This document shows positions 1 through 12,700 of a stretch of 64,000 bases of DNA, in pieces. Position numbers and translations under genes: made by a program. The DNA comes from Anthoceros angustus. Its lineage: Eukaryota; Plantae; Anthocerotophyta. Location of the stretch: contig MU008189.1 of the NCBI GenBank assembly GCA_010909165.1, positions 1 through 64,000 on the forward strand, read 5' to 3'. The first letter of the stretch is position 1, and each line of letters begins with the position of its first letter. Under the pieces are notes generated by a model. The model was not told where the DNA came from and ran no database searches. It was given only the letters and a program-made list of their open reading frames with translations.

Positions 1-809
1 TCGATCACGCCAGCCCAACCCGATGTGATTCCGGAGAGAGGAGGGCCCCGCCTCACGGATCATCCGATTGGGTGCGCACAACCGCTGTGACGGGGATTGA
101 CCACCCATTCCCGAGGCGGGCCTGTGACCTTCCCACACAAGGCGAGATAGGGGATAGGATGGTAGGCGGCCGATTAGGTATACCGAAATCACGTAATAGG
201 GGTGTAAAGACGCCACTTGGGCGCAGATAAGAGGGCCGAGGCTAGTAAAGCATCTTTCTCTTGGTGTTGATGCCGCTCTGCGCACCTTTGTGAGTCTTCT
301 TGCTAACGTGAGTCCCGAGTCACCGAAAGGTACCCAGCCCGGGAGATTGATCAAGGTCCCGTGACGACTTAACGCGTTGTGGTGTGTGGAAGGGTGATCG
401 ACTGGTCCGAGCCGCCCGACCGAACTGACCGAACGTGTGAGCCGAGGAACTCCGGGGGGCGTGTAGAGCCCGGACGAGAGGCCCCGGAACGACGAGGAGG
501 TCCGATCAGAACCTGCCTTTTCTAAGACCAAGAGTGTAGCGTGAGGGGAGAGAGGAAAGGACTGGATGCGTGAGGGACGGATGTGAACGACGGACGCCGA
601 ACGGTCTCAAAACGCTTGGCCATACCGTCAGACGGTGAACGCAGAGTAGTTAGGAGTATGTGTGTGTGTTGAGGCCGAACGAGCGCTAAGGACGGTAAGA
701 ATCACCAAACGCGGTAAACGGAGCCTATCATTCCCTTTGGGAACGGACTTCTTCCTACAACGACACGGGATTGTGCGCTACCGGCCATCAAGAAAAAGTC
801 GCGCCTACA
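1..809. mobile_element. Terminal part of a diverged relative of the 20866-25383 TG...CA element, in inverted orientation and truncated by the window start
   Basis: The reverse complement is colinear with 20866-~21650. Examples: TGTAGGCGCGACTTTT vs TGTGGCGCGACTTTT; GCATCAACACCAAGAGAAAGATG vs GCATCAACACCAAGGAAAAGATG; AATCGGATGATCCGTGAGGCGG vs AATCGGATGATCCGCGAGGCGG. Ends in ...CCTACA at 809. Confidence 0.75.
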
Positions 810-1869
810 ACCTATGCCGCTTGGCCACTCGTAAGTGAGTGCAGGGCACCCCTAACATATAGACACTTTCTTTATTTCTAAAATCACCAAAACCTAAGGA
901 TCATCTTTGACCTACCTATCCGGGTCGAAAACCCAAGGTTTCAAAACAAATTATTATCCCAAGGGCCAAGGGACCATTCTCGTATAAAAGACCTTAACCC
1001 AAAGGGATTCTCAAAGCACTTCGCTATACAAACACTCTCAAAATACAAAATTATATACATTACCGTAGAGGAGTTAGTATATGTGGTCTTCCACACAACT
1101 TCCACAGACGGGTCAAGTGCTTTCTGGATCCTTCCAAATGTATGTTCAAGAGATAGGAGCCAACTCGCTACATCCACGCAAGCCTTTTATTAGGTGCCGT
1201 GTGCATCGTTGGTACTAGTGGGCACTTCTTGCTTGGCCCTTTCGCCTGCTATTCAATGTGCTATGGAAGGAGGATGTTGTTCCACGTTGCGTATAGCAAT
1301 CGCCGAATGCATAAAACGGCGCTGAAGCGAAGAGGTACCTTCAGCCTACTGCTAAGAAGAAAGTCGTAATGTCTCGACGACCACATTCGTGGGACAAAGG
1401 ATATGCGGCATTCAGGCCCATATTGCCTTCTATGTAAAATGTCGAAAGGAAGAAGATAAGACTCAACACTAGAGCCTCAAGCAATGAGGAACAAGTGTAG
1501 ATGGGGACCACCCGCTGGTACCAGCCAGATGATCAAGACCGGCGCAGATCAGGTACTTGTCTCCCATCCTCGAGCAGCGTCAGGTCGCAAAGTCAGTCTT
1601 ATTATGGATTATCTATTTGAAACTCAAGTCTTGAAACTATGCGTATGGCCGCACGAGATGCTAGCACCCCATGTCTCGCCGTATCATTTTAGGTTTCCAT
1701 ACCGGCGCAGAGCCATGGCTTCTCCTGTTTGGAAATCCATCCTTCCTTCACCAGAGCTGCTCCTGCAATGTTCTTCCCTGCCTTTCAACGGGTCTTGTTT
1801 GTATCTTTCTTCATTTGTATCTTTGCATCACCGTCTCGAATTGTTAGAAAACAAAGCAACAATGCTGTA

Positions 1870-2090
1870 TAGTTTAAAGTCAAGCTACAAGCACAAGAAG
1901 TTTATAATAAGCACACGCACGAGAAGCATAAAGCTGAAGCACACAAGCAAGAGAAGCTTAAAGCTGAAGCACACAAGGACCAGAAGCTTGAAGCTGAACC
2001 ACACAAGCACAAGAAGCTTAAACAAGCATTAGTTAACTAGAAGCTAAAGCTGTGCTAACAAGGACCGTAAGCTTGAAGTCAGCATACAAA
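1870..2090. repeat. 30-bp minisatellite, consensus about GAGAAGCTTAAAGCTGAAGCACACAAGCAC
   Basis: Clear 30-bp period at 1921-1950, 1951-1980 and 1981-2010, with degenerate units on both sides. Confidence 0.8.
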
Positions 2091-2150
2091 CGAATAGTAT
2101 GTCTTGCTGCAGGTCTTAACAGTATTCTTAGATCTGTGAGATGAGAAGTC

Positions 2151-4421
2151 AACATGATAATTTTTGAAGGGGGGGAATATAGTAACCCCCTTTGGTCGAG
2201 ACAACACCCCCTTGTCACGATGTACACCTTCCCGTAAAAGATATCCGCCTCTACTTTGATAATGCACACCCTTTCCGAGGTCATACCTTGATAAAAGACT
2301 TTCAAGTCTACACCCGAGAACCGGAGCACGATAGGGTGGCGCCCCGCTTTTGTAGAATGCATAGAGGGCTGCCATTTTCATATGTTTATTACAACCGAAA
2401 ACTTTTACTTTCAAGTGGTGGAACACAATGAAAACAATCTGCAGCGGAGTCTCATTTCAATGGTCGTGAGAACATTGCAACAAACAACGCTAAAGGAGGA
2501 AGTGGTCAAGATCGACAATAGTCATTCAAGAGTGCGGCCTGGCGACTCATCCATGCCTTGCGCCAAATCGAGTCAAGTACCACCGCCATATTCGAGGACG
2601 GTCCATATCCTCTCCTCAAAGTTGTCGCCTCTCCATTGCTTGCCTGCCTTCAATAGTATCATTCTTGGGCTCGTCGACTGTCGATCGCCACACAAGATCT
2701 AGGTCTCACGACCCTCATCCAAAAGGTCGCCAATGTGGTCTTCAACCTTCGCACTCAATGCAACCACTTGGGCTTTAAGGCAATGCGTCCTTAAATGAAC
2801 AAAGTTAGTTGCCCATGCGCCCATGCAAGCATCCTTAAAATCAACAAATTGAGTTGTTAAGAAGATAGTGTTTTCATTCATTACACTTTTTCCCAAACAC
2901 TTGACCAACAATCCCAAGTTGCAATCTTGGCGCTAAACATTTATTTTAAAGACAAATTTATGAGGATATGGGGGCGCGTACGCCGGCGCCCATGGGCAGG
3001 GGCAGGTGTTAGGGGGGGAGGCACTGGCCGGCCGGCGCCCATGGGTGGTGTTAGGGGAGGACCGGGCCGGCCGGCGCCATGTGGTGTGCTAGGAGGGCGC
3101 CTGCCGGCCGCGCCATGGGCGTGGCGGTATGCAGGGGGCGCAGGCCGGGCCGGGCGCCCATGGGTGGTGTGTTAGGGAGGGCGCCGGCCGGCCGCGCCCA
3201 TGGGCGGGAGCATTAGGGGAGGGCGCCACGGGTGCCGTCGCTCGGCCTCCTTAGCACCATCCTACGGTGCAAGGGTGAAGCTAGGGGGACAAGAAGGGAA
3301 CGGTATCCTATCACCAAGGTGTGCCCATTTGGTGAAGGGTTAAAAGATTTGGCGCGTCCATAGGTGATTGTTGAAGAGTACAAGTGTGGGAAGTTTTGGG
3401 TGGACCGGAAGGAGATTGCTATCATTGTGGAGAATAACATTGGGCTAGTGCTACAGTCATTCTTGAAGTGGTTTTCACGTGCGTAAGTGGATCATACACC
3501 GACCACTTCAAGTGCCGGATGAAGCTTTGCTAGATGAGGCATTATTGAGGGACCTCCTGCGTGATATGTACTTGGGGCATATCAAAATGGAAGGCAACAG
3601 TGGAATGGCGATGAATGGGGACATAATGGAAATCCGAAGGATGTTTCGGGTTGGCGCACTATGGACACGCGTGCCATTCGGATTGGGAGAGTCATTGACG
3701 CTAGATGCACCACGACCTCACTTTCTTATCCACGTATCGGACCGAGCACACGATGCATGAAGGAGATATGTGAATACATAGTCCAGAGTGCCAACCCATC
3801 CGTCCAATGCCGAGGAAAAAGGGAATAAGGTCCATTACCCAAAAACATACAGAGGTGTTTGAATGAAACACCATCCTCAGACATGGGTTTGTGTTGAACG
3901 ACAAACATGTGTATGTGGACAAAAAGCGATAAGGGATAAGCTCATGAGTTTACATACACCGCGATCAAAGTGTCAAAGATAGTGATGACAATGAGAAGTG
4001 GACCAAGTGATGACGAAGGATTGAACTCGTGATGAGTGAATAAAATCACGCTTGTCCCGGGTCCCAGAGTGAATGTTGAACGCCTGTTCCAAATGTTACG
4101 TGTTTTGGAAATACCTCTCGTGGCTTTTGTTGTGTCCTTACTAAACCACATTTTCCTCCCAAATCGAATTTACTTGGCCGCCCCTTCCCGGCAGAACGGC
4201 CTTCACTGCTCCTACTTTGCATTAATCCCATAGGTTCGAGTTTGCAACCACCATTCGAAACATTGCCGGATGGAAAGTAGGAACTGGTGACACCTTTTTT
4301 CTGAGATGTTTTCCGGAATGCCTTAAAACGCTGTTTTAGGGCCCATCGAAAACCCCCTTTAGAGATTATTTACGGAAAACCCCCTTCGAGATTATTCACC
4401 CCCTTCAAAAATTATGATGTT
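2151..4421. mobile_element. Non-autonomous TIR DNA transposon (Sola-like), 2271 bp, 4-bp TSD AGTC
   Basis: Left end AACATGATAATTTTTGAAGGGG at 2151; right end CCCCTTCAAAAATTATGATGTT ending at 4421. AGTC flanks both sides (2147-2150, 4422-4425). The interior is homologous to 16838-18548 and ~19700-20478 in reverse orientation. Confidence 0.9.
2970..3230. repeat. GC-rich degenerate tandem array inside the TIR element
   Basis: Repeated GCCGGCCG(G)CGCCCATGGGYGGTGTGYTAGGGAGG-like units. The same array occurs as reverse complement at ~18040-18400 and ~19320-19660. Confidence 0.8.
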
Positions 4422-5464
4422 AGTCACTCAGAGGCAACTCATAAACACACTTAAAGCACAACACACAAGGCTCGTGGCTGCCCGTCAGCTCCAAACGATT
4501 GGCACTCATGTGCCCACTGCATATACTAAGCTTGGGAGTCTATCCGAATGAAGAGCTGCTTATTCTTCTAACATGCCCAGGCTTATGAGACAAAGCTGTG
4601 ATAGTGGACTAAATCTACATACTTGAAAATGCACTGAAGGTTGTTATCCTTGCCCTTCCGAACAATCAACACATCCACGGAAGCCCATGCCTTCTCAAAC
4701 ACACAACCCTAATGATGCAATGGCAATGCGCTTATCAGAGGGGTAGATCTGCAAGCAACATTCTCGTTTTTCCATCTGCTTGAGGCAAGCTAGCACGCTG
4801 CCAGCAATAACTTTGTCGAGCACCAAACCTGCTTTTGTCTGCCTAAGTTCACATGAAATATTCCACACGAAGTCAAACCAGGGGTAAGGAAGATGACAAG
4901 GTACTGACTGATAGAACAACAAAAGCTATCTTGTATATGATATTTCCTTGTCCAAAAACTCACTCATAACATAGCACATGGGTTGCTGCAACGTGAATCC
5001 TCCTTTGTGTGCGCATGCACTAGGTAGATCCCACACACCTTTCCAAGAGGCATCACATATGGCTGCAGAGGCTTGTCATCAAAGGGATGATTGTCATCCG
5101 CAAAGATTCGGAGTTTAACAGCTCGGTCCAGCACACAAAACCAAGATATCCATAATTCTTCGTAAGCAGAATTAGATCACAAACTGTCCCAAAGCAACCA
5201 AATTATACCCATCATTCTTAAGTGAGGAGAAAGGTCACAAACAGTCTCAAAGCTTCCATACAAGTAGCGGGACCTAGATCTCTTAGCTTGTTCCTTGGAA
5301 GCATCCAAAGGACTCGCTTCTTAAAAACTTCACCAGATTCCGCGCCTCCACACGCTCCCTCCTTCAAACATCCTAACAATTTACTACCCATCGCCACACA
5401 CGCTCAACAGCAAACCCTCCAAAGAGATGCTCTGCCCATTGATGCCCACTGGTGCCCACTGGTG

Positions 5465-5687
5465 TGTTAAAGAGTATTCGCATATCTATGCTGATTATAT
5501 TTAGGGCACGTTTGGTTAGCTTAAGTGAGATTAATAAGGTCACAACGCTATAGGGTTACGCCATTAGACGTGTCTTTGAGTTTATTTAAAACTCACTTTT
5601 TAACTCATTGCCAATGTTCTTTAATATACATTTTGTATGTAATTGATTAACATGTTGATTTAATCTGCATATTCTTTTAATTTAAAA
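5465..5687 (+). repeat. 5' LTR of the copia element (223 bp)
   Basis: Direct repeat of 11673-11902; starts TGTTAAAGAG and is followed by the PBS. Confidence 0.95.
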
Positions 5688-5999
5688 TGGTATCGAGAAA
5701 GTTATATGCAATCTTCATGTTATTTGATGTATAATGCATTTAAAAGAATGCATTTACGTAAAGTTTTGTTGTTCTTTGATTTAGAAAATGTTTTCTTGAT
5801 CAAGAAAACAAAACTTTTAAAGAACATATTTTGTGTTGTTTATTTATATAAAAATCCAACAATTCCTGGCAAATTAAGGAAGTGATCCTGGCGCATTTGT
5901 CATGGATTGCTTTTTAAAGCAATCTCAGGAGATATGCGCTAGGACAACTACCTAATCTGCAGGTAGATTGTTAGACATATTTATATTAATACAACGAAC

Positions 6000-8900
6000 A
6001 TTTAACAACACAAAAATTTGGCGATGAATGGCCAATCAATTGGTCTGCACGCAGGTCGCCGAGCGGATTCCACAACCTCAAAATCGCCAGAGAGGCAAGG
6101 AGCAAGTGCAAGAAACGCAATTGCTGGCCGCCTTCATCAACATGTGACCGAATGGATTGCTACAATACAAGACCACAGCCTTGCACTTGAAGTAAGGGAA
6201 TCTTTCAATACCTTGATTGAAGTGATTTATCCCGAATCGCCACTTGGTGATTGCCCTTCCACCCCGTAATCATCGACAATCTCCAAGTTCGTGTTCAGAG
6301 AGCCTTTGATGGGAATGGTAACCCTAGAGGTTTTCTAACAACGCATGTCTCTCCACCGCCGTGTTGCATTAGTGAACAGGATTGAGTCACATCGCAACAT
6401 GTGGACACACGCTTTAGTATCATGCACAAGGTATCTGCTAACAGTAGACTTGAGAGATTTGCAAGAGCGTATAAGTCACTTGATTTCAAGCTTCTTACCT
6501 TGTTAAAACCATCTTTGCTTGCTAACCTCACACAGAGGTGTAGCAAGCATGCAACAAAACAAGTAAAAACATATGTTTGGAAGTCCTAATTCTTGTCCAT
6601 CCTATATATGCTTACATAAGTGGGAGATTAGAAATGAAAATCGTAAATGTAATTCAACAACAAGAGTCGACGCTAGAATCAGATGATGACTCATCACATC
6701 TCAGAATCGAAAGCTGCATGTGCATTACATGTTTGAAGTCTTGAGTCTTCTAACTGCAAAGCTATCATCAGTAATTAGTAATTTTGGGAGAAGCTAACCC
6801 AAAAATACCAAAGAGGAAAATCCGCAGAGATACCTCATCTAGCTTGGGTGGGGAAGGGTTCAAGGAGAAAGATAGGTTTGGAGGTCGGATTACGACATAT
6901 GGGTAATCCGCATGAAAGGGCCTTACAAAATAGGAAGTTGTGGAAGGTAGTCATTGGGGAAGAGAAGGCCCCAAAGGGCCCTACACCTCCCACATTTACC
7001 TACAACGAGAAAAGTTAATTGATGCATGGGATGCAAGGATGAGCTATGTTCCTCATCGAGTGGTCTTACCTCGAAATGTTAAGACAGATTGGATGACACA
7101 ACCTCGTAAATATGGAAAAGACTTCAAGACCAGAGTGCAGCAACCGACAAGTCAAATGATGTTTTGAGAAATTTACAATTATGTAAAATGCGAGAAGGAG
7201 AATCAATCGAAAAGCACCTTGGACACTTTAGGACACTTGTGTCCAGACTTGAAAGTGCTTCAAACGAGGTGTAATCCTGCCAGAAACCAGCTTTGCAGAG
7301 TTAGTGGGAGCCTTATTGCAAGAGGAAGCAAGCAAATCTTACAACAGACGAGCTGGTAAGCAGCAAGCCCTCTATACATCCAACAGAGGACGTGGAGGAG
7401 GAAGACCCTATAGGTGGGGGGGGGGTGACTGAGTGGTGGTTCACAAGGACGTGGAACCAGCAGAAAACCCAAAAGGATGGAGCTTGCAATCGTGCAACGT
7501 CATTGGGAGCGTGAGTGTGAAAGCAGCGTGTACCTCGCAAGGAGGGTTCGACTGCCGAGACTCACGTGGTTGTTAAGAAGCAACCAACCCCTCCGCCTCA
7601 CGGTTGGTACAACACTGCTTGCCACAAGTTCATCCTTGTCACCGCTTGTTTGTCAAGAACAAAGGTTAAGTATACCATAGATTGGTTTAGACACAGCACG
7701 CCCATATTTGCCTTTGATGTAAAAGCATTTCAAACGCATAACCGCTTAAGGATCAAGATGTATACTGACAGATCCGGTGTCTCCGGCATTGGAACAATAG
7801 AACGACTGCTCCATCGAAATGTATTAGTGTTGCATGATGTACTATGACATGACACGTAACCTCATTTCAATGTAAAACTGAGATAATCACATTCTCTTTA
7901 CTCAAATGTAATGTCAAGTATTAGATGCCTTTAATCATACTAGAGTACTTGCCTGGGTCTTCCGAGAAGGACTTGTCTCTACATACAGATAGAAGTATAC
8001 CATTTTCTCATTTGACCAAGGATGCTACTCATGCTCCACAGAAATAGAAAAGTCAAAACTATGGCATTTACGAGGCACCCACATTCAAAGAAAATTACGT
8101 AAATTAGTCAAGTGATCTTTACCAAAGATGAGCAGATAGGTCCTCTGGTGCCATTTCCTTGTGGTGAGTCTTGTGTTCTCTCAAAGCGGCATCATTTTTA
8201 AGAACAAAGAACCACATGTAGCTGTATGTCTTGGAACTTGTTCATACGGACTTATGTGGACCACTCTCACAAGAATCCATTGGTGGTGGCATTTCGACAT
8301 TTACAGATGATAAGACAAGGTTTGTTACAACCTACATCTTAAAGCAAAAGAGTGAATGCTTCACTATTTTAAAGAATATCTAAGTATGTTGAAAGGTGGA
8401 CTGAAAACAACTAAGAACCCTAAGATCCGATAACGGGGAGAGTTTACCTCAAAGGAGTTTCGTGACTACCGCTTAATCGAGGGTATTGGACGCCACCATG
8501 CTGTCTACACGCCTCAATGTAATCGGCGGGCCGAGCGCCTCAATCACGCTGCGTGAGATGACATCTTCTCTCCTACATCATGCTCGCCCGCCATATTGGG
8601 CGGAGGCCATTATGACATCAACCTATATCAAAACAATCGCCTACCACTAGAGTTGGTCTTACCCTTATGAAGCGCTCATGTATGCAAGCCATCCATACTT
8701 CACTTATGTATCTTTATAGCATACGCCTGCTCCTAAGGAGAAAAGAAAGAAGCTATTAGACAAGGCCGAAAACTTGATGTTAGGCTATACAGAGGGCATA
8801 AAAGCATATAAACTTTATGATGTACCTAAAAATAAAGTTATCTACGCTTAGGAGCTGCTACTTTGATGAAGGTAGCACTTGGGCCTCAGTGGGAGTATCC

Positions 8901-10674
8901 CAAGATCCTCCTCTTGGTGACGAGGCATCGCTTCAAGATTCACACTTTGACCAGATCGATCAAGTACTCCAAGTTGTTCCTGGAGGATGTTGCCCTGGGG
9001 GTAGATCCGCCGATGATATTGATGATTCAAAGAAGTTTTGATGATGTAGTCAGAGAACCGCAACAAGATGTTCCGTATAATCATCGGATCAACTGTGACC
9101 ATCATCCTCCGTAACAAATTGATGATCCGACCGAGCCTACCTTAGATGTCGAGCTTGTTGACCCTCCAGCTTGTCAAGAACCAGAAGGTATCCCACCCGC
9201 CACATGACAACCTCCCGACTACTACCGTGCTCCGGATTTCCGAGCTTCTTCTTCTTATGTGACCCAATGCCACTTCTCTTGATCCCATTGAGCCTCAATC
9301 CTATGAAGAGGCGCTATGAGACCGATCACAAAGAATGGGAAAAGCAATTCAATCCGAGTATGATTCATTAATGGAGAACGGAACATGGGAACTAGTGGAG
9401 CTCCGCATGTAAAGCTAGTTTCATGCAAATGGGTTTTCAAACTAAAGGTAAAGCGTATGGTACCTTTGATCGCTTACAAGCTTTGGGCAAGGGATTCTCT
9501 CGCATCCCCGGCTTGGACTATCTTGAAACGCTTTCTCCAAAGAGTCAAGTTGTCCACTCTTCGAATTATCCTTGCCATATCCACATATTACGATTATGAG
9601 TTGCAAATGTACGATGTCAAAACAAATTTCTTACGGCAAATTAGATACGTAAATATGACATGTCAACCTGGATATGCGGTGGGTTAAAGCATACATACCT
9701 ACTGACAAAGAGGTGCTGCTATCCGGCCCACGTGGACGATCCGACATCGCCCAAGAATAAGCCTTTATAACAAGCATTTATGTGTTGGCCACTAAGTTTA
9801 AGATGTCTGCTTGGGACCCTTACAGAGTCCTTTGGAATACACTGAGGGATAGAAAACAACGGGTTATGACTTTACTCAACCACGCTACCTTCTTGATTGA
9901 CAAATGGGTTTAAAGGATGCCAAGCCTCGCATCAACACCCATGGCGCAGTCGAAACTTAGCAAGGCTATGTCACCAACTACACGTGATGAGAAAGAATGA
10001 TGAAGGGCGACTGTATAAGGTGTTGGCAAGCTTATATACGCTAGTAACACGACGAGACTTGAAATAGCTTATTCTACAAGTGTACTCTCCGCTCTTGGAA
10101 AATCCAGATCGAGCATTGGACAAGTCTTAAGCGTGTGTTCGGACACCAAAGGAACACCCGTATTAGGTATCACGACAAGTATCAAGAAGGAAAAGCATTG
10201 GACCCGGAAGTCTTTACCGACATTATGTGATATTGATAGCGTAAAATTGATCCGTTACCGATTACAATCAGGCCGGTTTGTTGGTCAAGCAATTACCGCT
10301 CTTTTCTTCTCGTAGTATCGTACCGATCGCAGCAAAGAAAAGAGGTAGTTTGGTGTAAGCTACTGTTTAAGGAGTTAGGCATCCCGATCCCAACTTGTAC
10401 CACAATACAAACCAACAACCAAGGTTCGATGGCTTTAGCCAAGAATCCAATGTTCCATGCACGAACGAAACACGTGGAGGTGGAATACCATTACATCAGA
10501 GGACTGGTAGCAGAAGGAAAGATTGAACTTCAGTATGTCTCAACTCAAGAAAACCCGGCAGACATACTTACAAAGGCTTTAAGCAGAGATGCTCACAACA
10601 AGCACATTCTGGGTCTTGGTATGGGAGAGGCACAAGCCTTCTCATCCGATAATCTAACAAGAAACCTAGCCTAG
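6000..10674 (+). pseudogene. Disrupted copia gag-pol (start approximate)
   Basis: Integrase, RT and RNase H motifs lie in short broken ORFs, e.g. 9385-9687 and 10429-10674. Confidence 0.9.
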
Positions 10675-11672
10675 AACACCGTGACTCATAGCCATCAAAA
10701 TCAGCAGAGTATCCAAAGTCTATCTCGTCCGACATTGGGATCGGAAGGAGACTCATCTTCTATTGGGTAAGGGTTATGACAGCCACCAGTGATGATCTCC
10801 GTGAAAGGATGTACTCTTCTTGAGAGGGGTTTCTTCAACTTTCAGCTTTTCTTCCTTCTTAGCCTCGCCCCGAGCGAGAGTAGACTGCATGTAAACCGAG
10901 AAACAAGAAGATTGTAAGTAATCCCAAAAAGATAACAAAGAACAAAGGACTTGATAGAAGCAAGAACAAAGCATAGCCTACTTACGTGACGTCGACCACA
11001 TGGACAGGGATGTTCTCACACACTTCGACCTTCACGCCGTGCATCTTCGCCTGAAGACCGACCCACACCAAATACCGTGAGAGGTGAGCAAGGATGCTCA
11101 AAGGACCCACAAGTGACAATATGAGTCTTCATGAAGTCAGGCCTTGCTTTGGGAACTTAGGGTACACGCCTGCAGGGCCATCTTCGTAGTAAGCAAAATC
11201 AAGGTTGAACTCGACCAGGGGTGTATCCATGCGGGCGCGGAGAAGACTCATGAGTGTCCATATATTGCCGACGAAAGAAGTTCAACCGCGCCCGCCCAAG
11301 ACCTTTTTGGTTGTTCCTCTGCCCCGCGCTTTGCTACAAGAAGCCTTCGCCCCGCTGCTTTGATCACTGTAGTTGTCTTAGTCGCAAATCTTCCTAGGGC
11401 GCCACGCCAGGACGGCGTGCTTGGGAGCATCGGAATCGAACCAAAAGACATGATGAAGAGAAGGCACGAGATCCCACGCCCAGCGTGACAATGCAAGAGA
11501 CAAGAAGTGAGTTTTATGTAAGCGGCATCACCACCGTAACTCATCATGCTCACCGAGAACGTGGAGCGCAACTATGATGTCTTTGGGACGAACACGCATT
11601 GAAGTAACGTTTCACGAGGACTAAGCGGCGGCATCATATGTGGAACGCACTTAAATCATTATCAAGTGGGAG

Positions 11673-11902
11673 TGTTAAAGAGTATTCGCATATCTATGCT
11701 GATTATATTTAGGGCACGTTTGGTTAGCTTAAGTGAGATTAATAAGTCACAACGTTTGGTTAGGGTTACGCCCATTAGACGTGTCTTTTGAGTTTATTTA
11801 AAAACTCACTTTCAGAACTCATTCGTCAATGTTCTTTAATATACATTTCAGATGTAATTGATTAACATGTTGATTTAATCTGCATATTCTTTTAATTTAA
11901 AA
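11673..11902 (+). repeat. 3' LTR of the copia element (230 bp)
   Basis: Direct repeat of 5465-5687 with several small indels; preceded by the PPT and followed by the TSD TGGTG. Confidence 0.95.
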
Positions 11903-11907
11903 TGGTG

Positions 11908-12567
11908 TCTGCTGGCCCACGATTGGTAAGCACAATTCATATAAGCGCCCACCAACAACGAAGCAAACAAATCTAATACGCACCTAGATATATACGTGCA
12001 ACCAATAACAACAGGAGGGAGTAGCCATGCGCCAAGACAACACACCTCCCACGAGAACAACATGCAAATTCACACATCGCTTCCTGAGTCATAGCTTTGG
12101 CCTCCTCTCAACACCCTTGCATTAGATATCTGAGGACAAGCTTATCCGAGCTTGTCCTCAATGGAAGGGTCTATATACTAGCCCTTGGCATCGCATATTC
12201 CTTAGATATCCTCGCACGTGATATGCCGTAAATATCCTAAGAATACACTATAATATGCAAGGAATATACCAAAGCACATTACTTGAGCTTATCCACTTAG
12301 CTATTGTATCCTAAGAATACACTATAATATGCCAAAGCATATGCGAGCTTATCCACTTGCTTATTTACAATATTTATATTAATTAACGCTAATCAATGCT
12401 TAATTAATATAAGCACATTAGATTAATTAGCACTAATCAATGCTTAATTAGCATAAGCACCTTAGATTAATTAACACTAATTACTTACTTAAAGATAAGT
12501 AATTAGATTAATTAATGCTAATCAAACACTAAACCCAAGTGCAGAGATTAGTATCATACGCCATGAC
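11908..12567 (-). mobile_element. Unclassified LTR-like fragment with AT-rich internal tandem repeats
   Basis: On the minus strand a purine tract GGTGAAGGGAGGG directly precedes TGTCATGGCG. A TATA-like TATATAG lies at ~12172-12178. Duplicated ATATCCTAAGAATACACTATAATATGC and ~43-bp TTAATTA-rich units. No partner LTR or TSD found. Confidence 0.4.
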
Positions 12568-12624
12568 ACCCTCCCTTCACCTTGACAAGCCTTGCTACAA
12601 TTTGGGTGTCTATATTGATAACCA

Positions 12625-12700
12625 ATGACTGTGGGATTCGAACCCACACCTTATCGCCAGAGCCTAAAACTCGTCACGTTATCAATGCAAGCATGTGTGC
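12625..12700 (-). pseudogene. tRNA-Leu-like remnant or tRNA-derived SINE head
   Basis: The minus strand reads ...GAGTTTTAGGCTCTGGCGATAAGGTGTGGGTTCGAATCCCACAGTCA. This is a perfect T-arm with B box (GTGGG-TTCGAAT-CCCAC) preceded by TTTAGGCTC, as in tRNA-Leu(UAG) anticodon loops. The D arm and acceptor stem are not recognisable. Confidence 0.45.

Larger units (their letters stand above)
5465..11902 (+). mobile_element. Full-length but degenerate Ty1/copia LTR retrotransposon
   Basis: LTRs at 5465-5687 and 11673-11902; TSD TGGTG (5460-5464, 11903-11907); PBS-like TGGTATCGAG at 5688; PPT AAGTGGGAG just before 11673. Remnants of gag (KMREGES), integrase (LELVHTDLCGP ~8232), RT (VSCKWVFKLK ~9420) and RNase H (NPMFHARTKHVEVEYHYIR...NPADILTKAL) in copia order, with many stops and frameshifts. 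Confidence 0.95.

Noticed and set aside
2153-2161. CATGAT termini resembling the Drosophila P element, or TWA flanks suggesting PIF/Harbinger
   Set aside because: With CATG ends the flanks do not match as 3-bp or 8-bp duplications; including the terminal AA gives exact 4-bp TSDs at both insertions.
1870-3230. CRISPR-like or telomeric arrays
   Set aside because: The repeats lack unique spacers, and there are no (TTTAGGG)n tracts; the context is eukaryotic transposon sequence.
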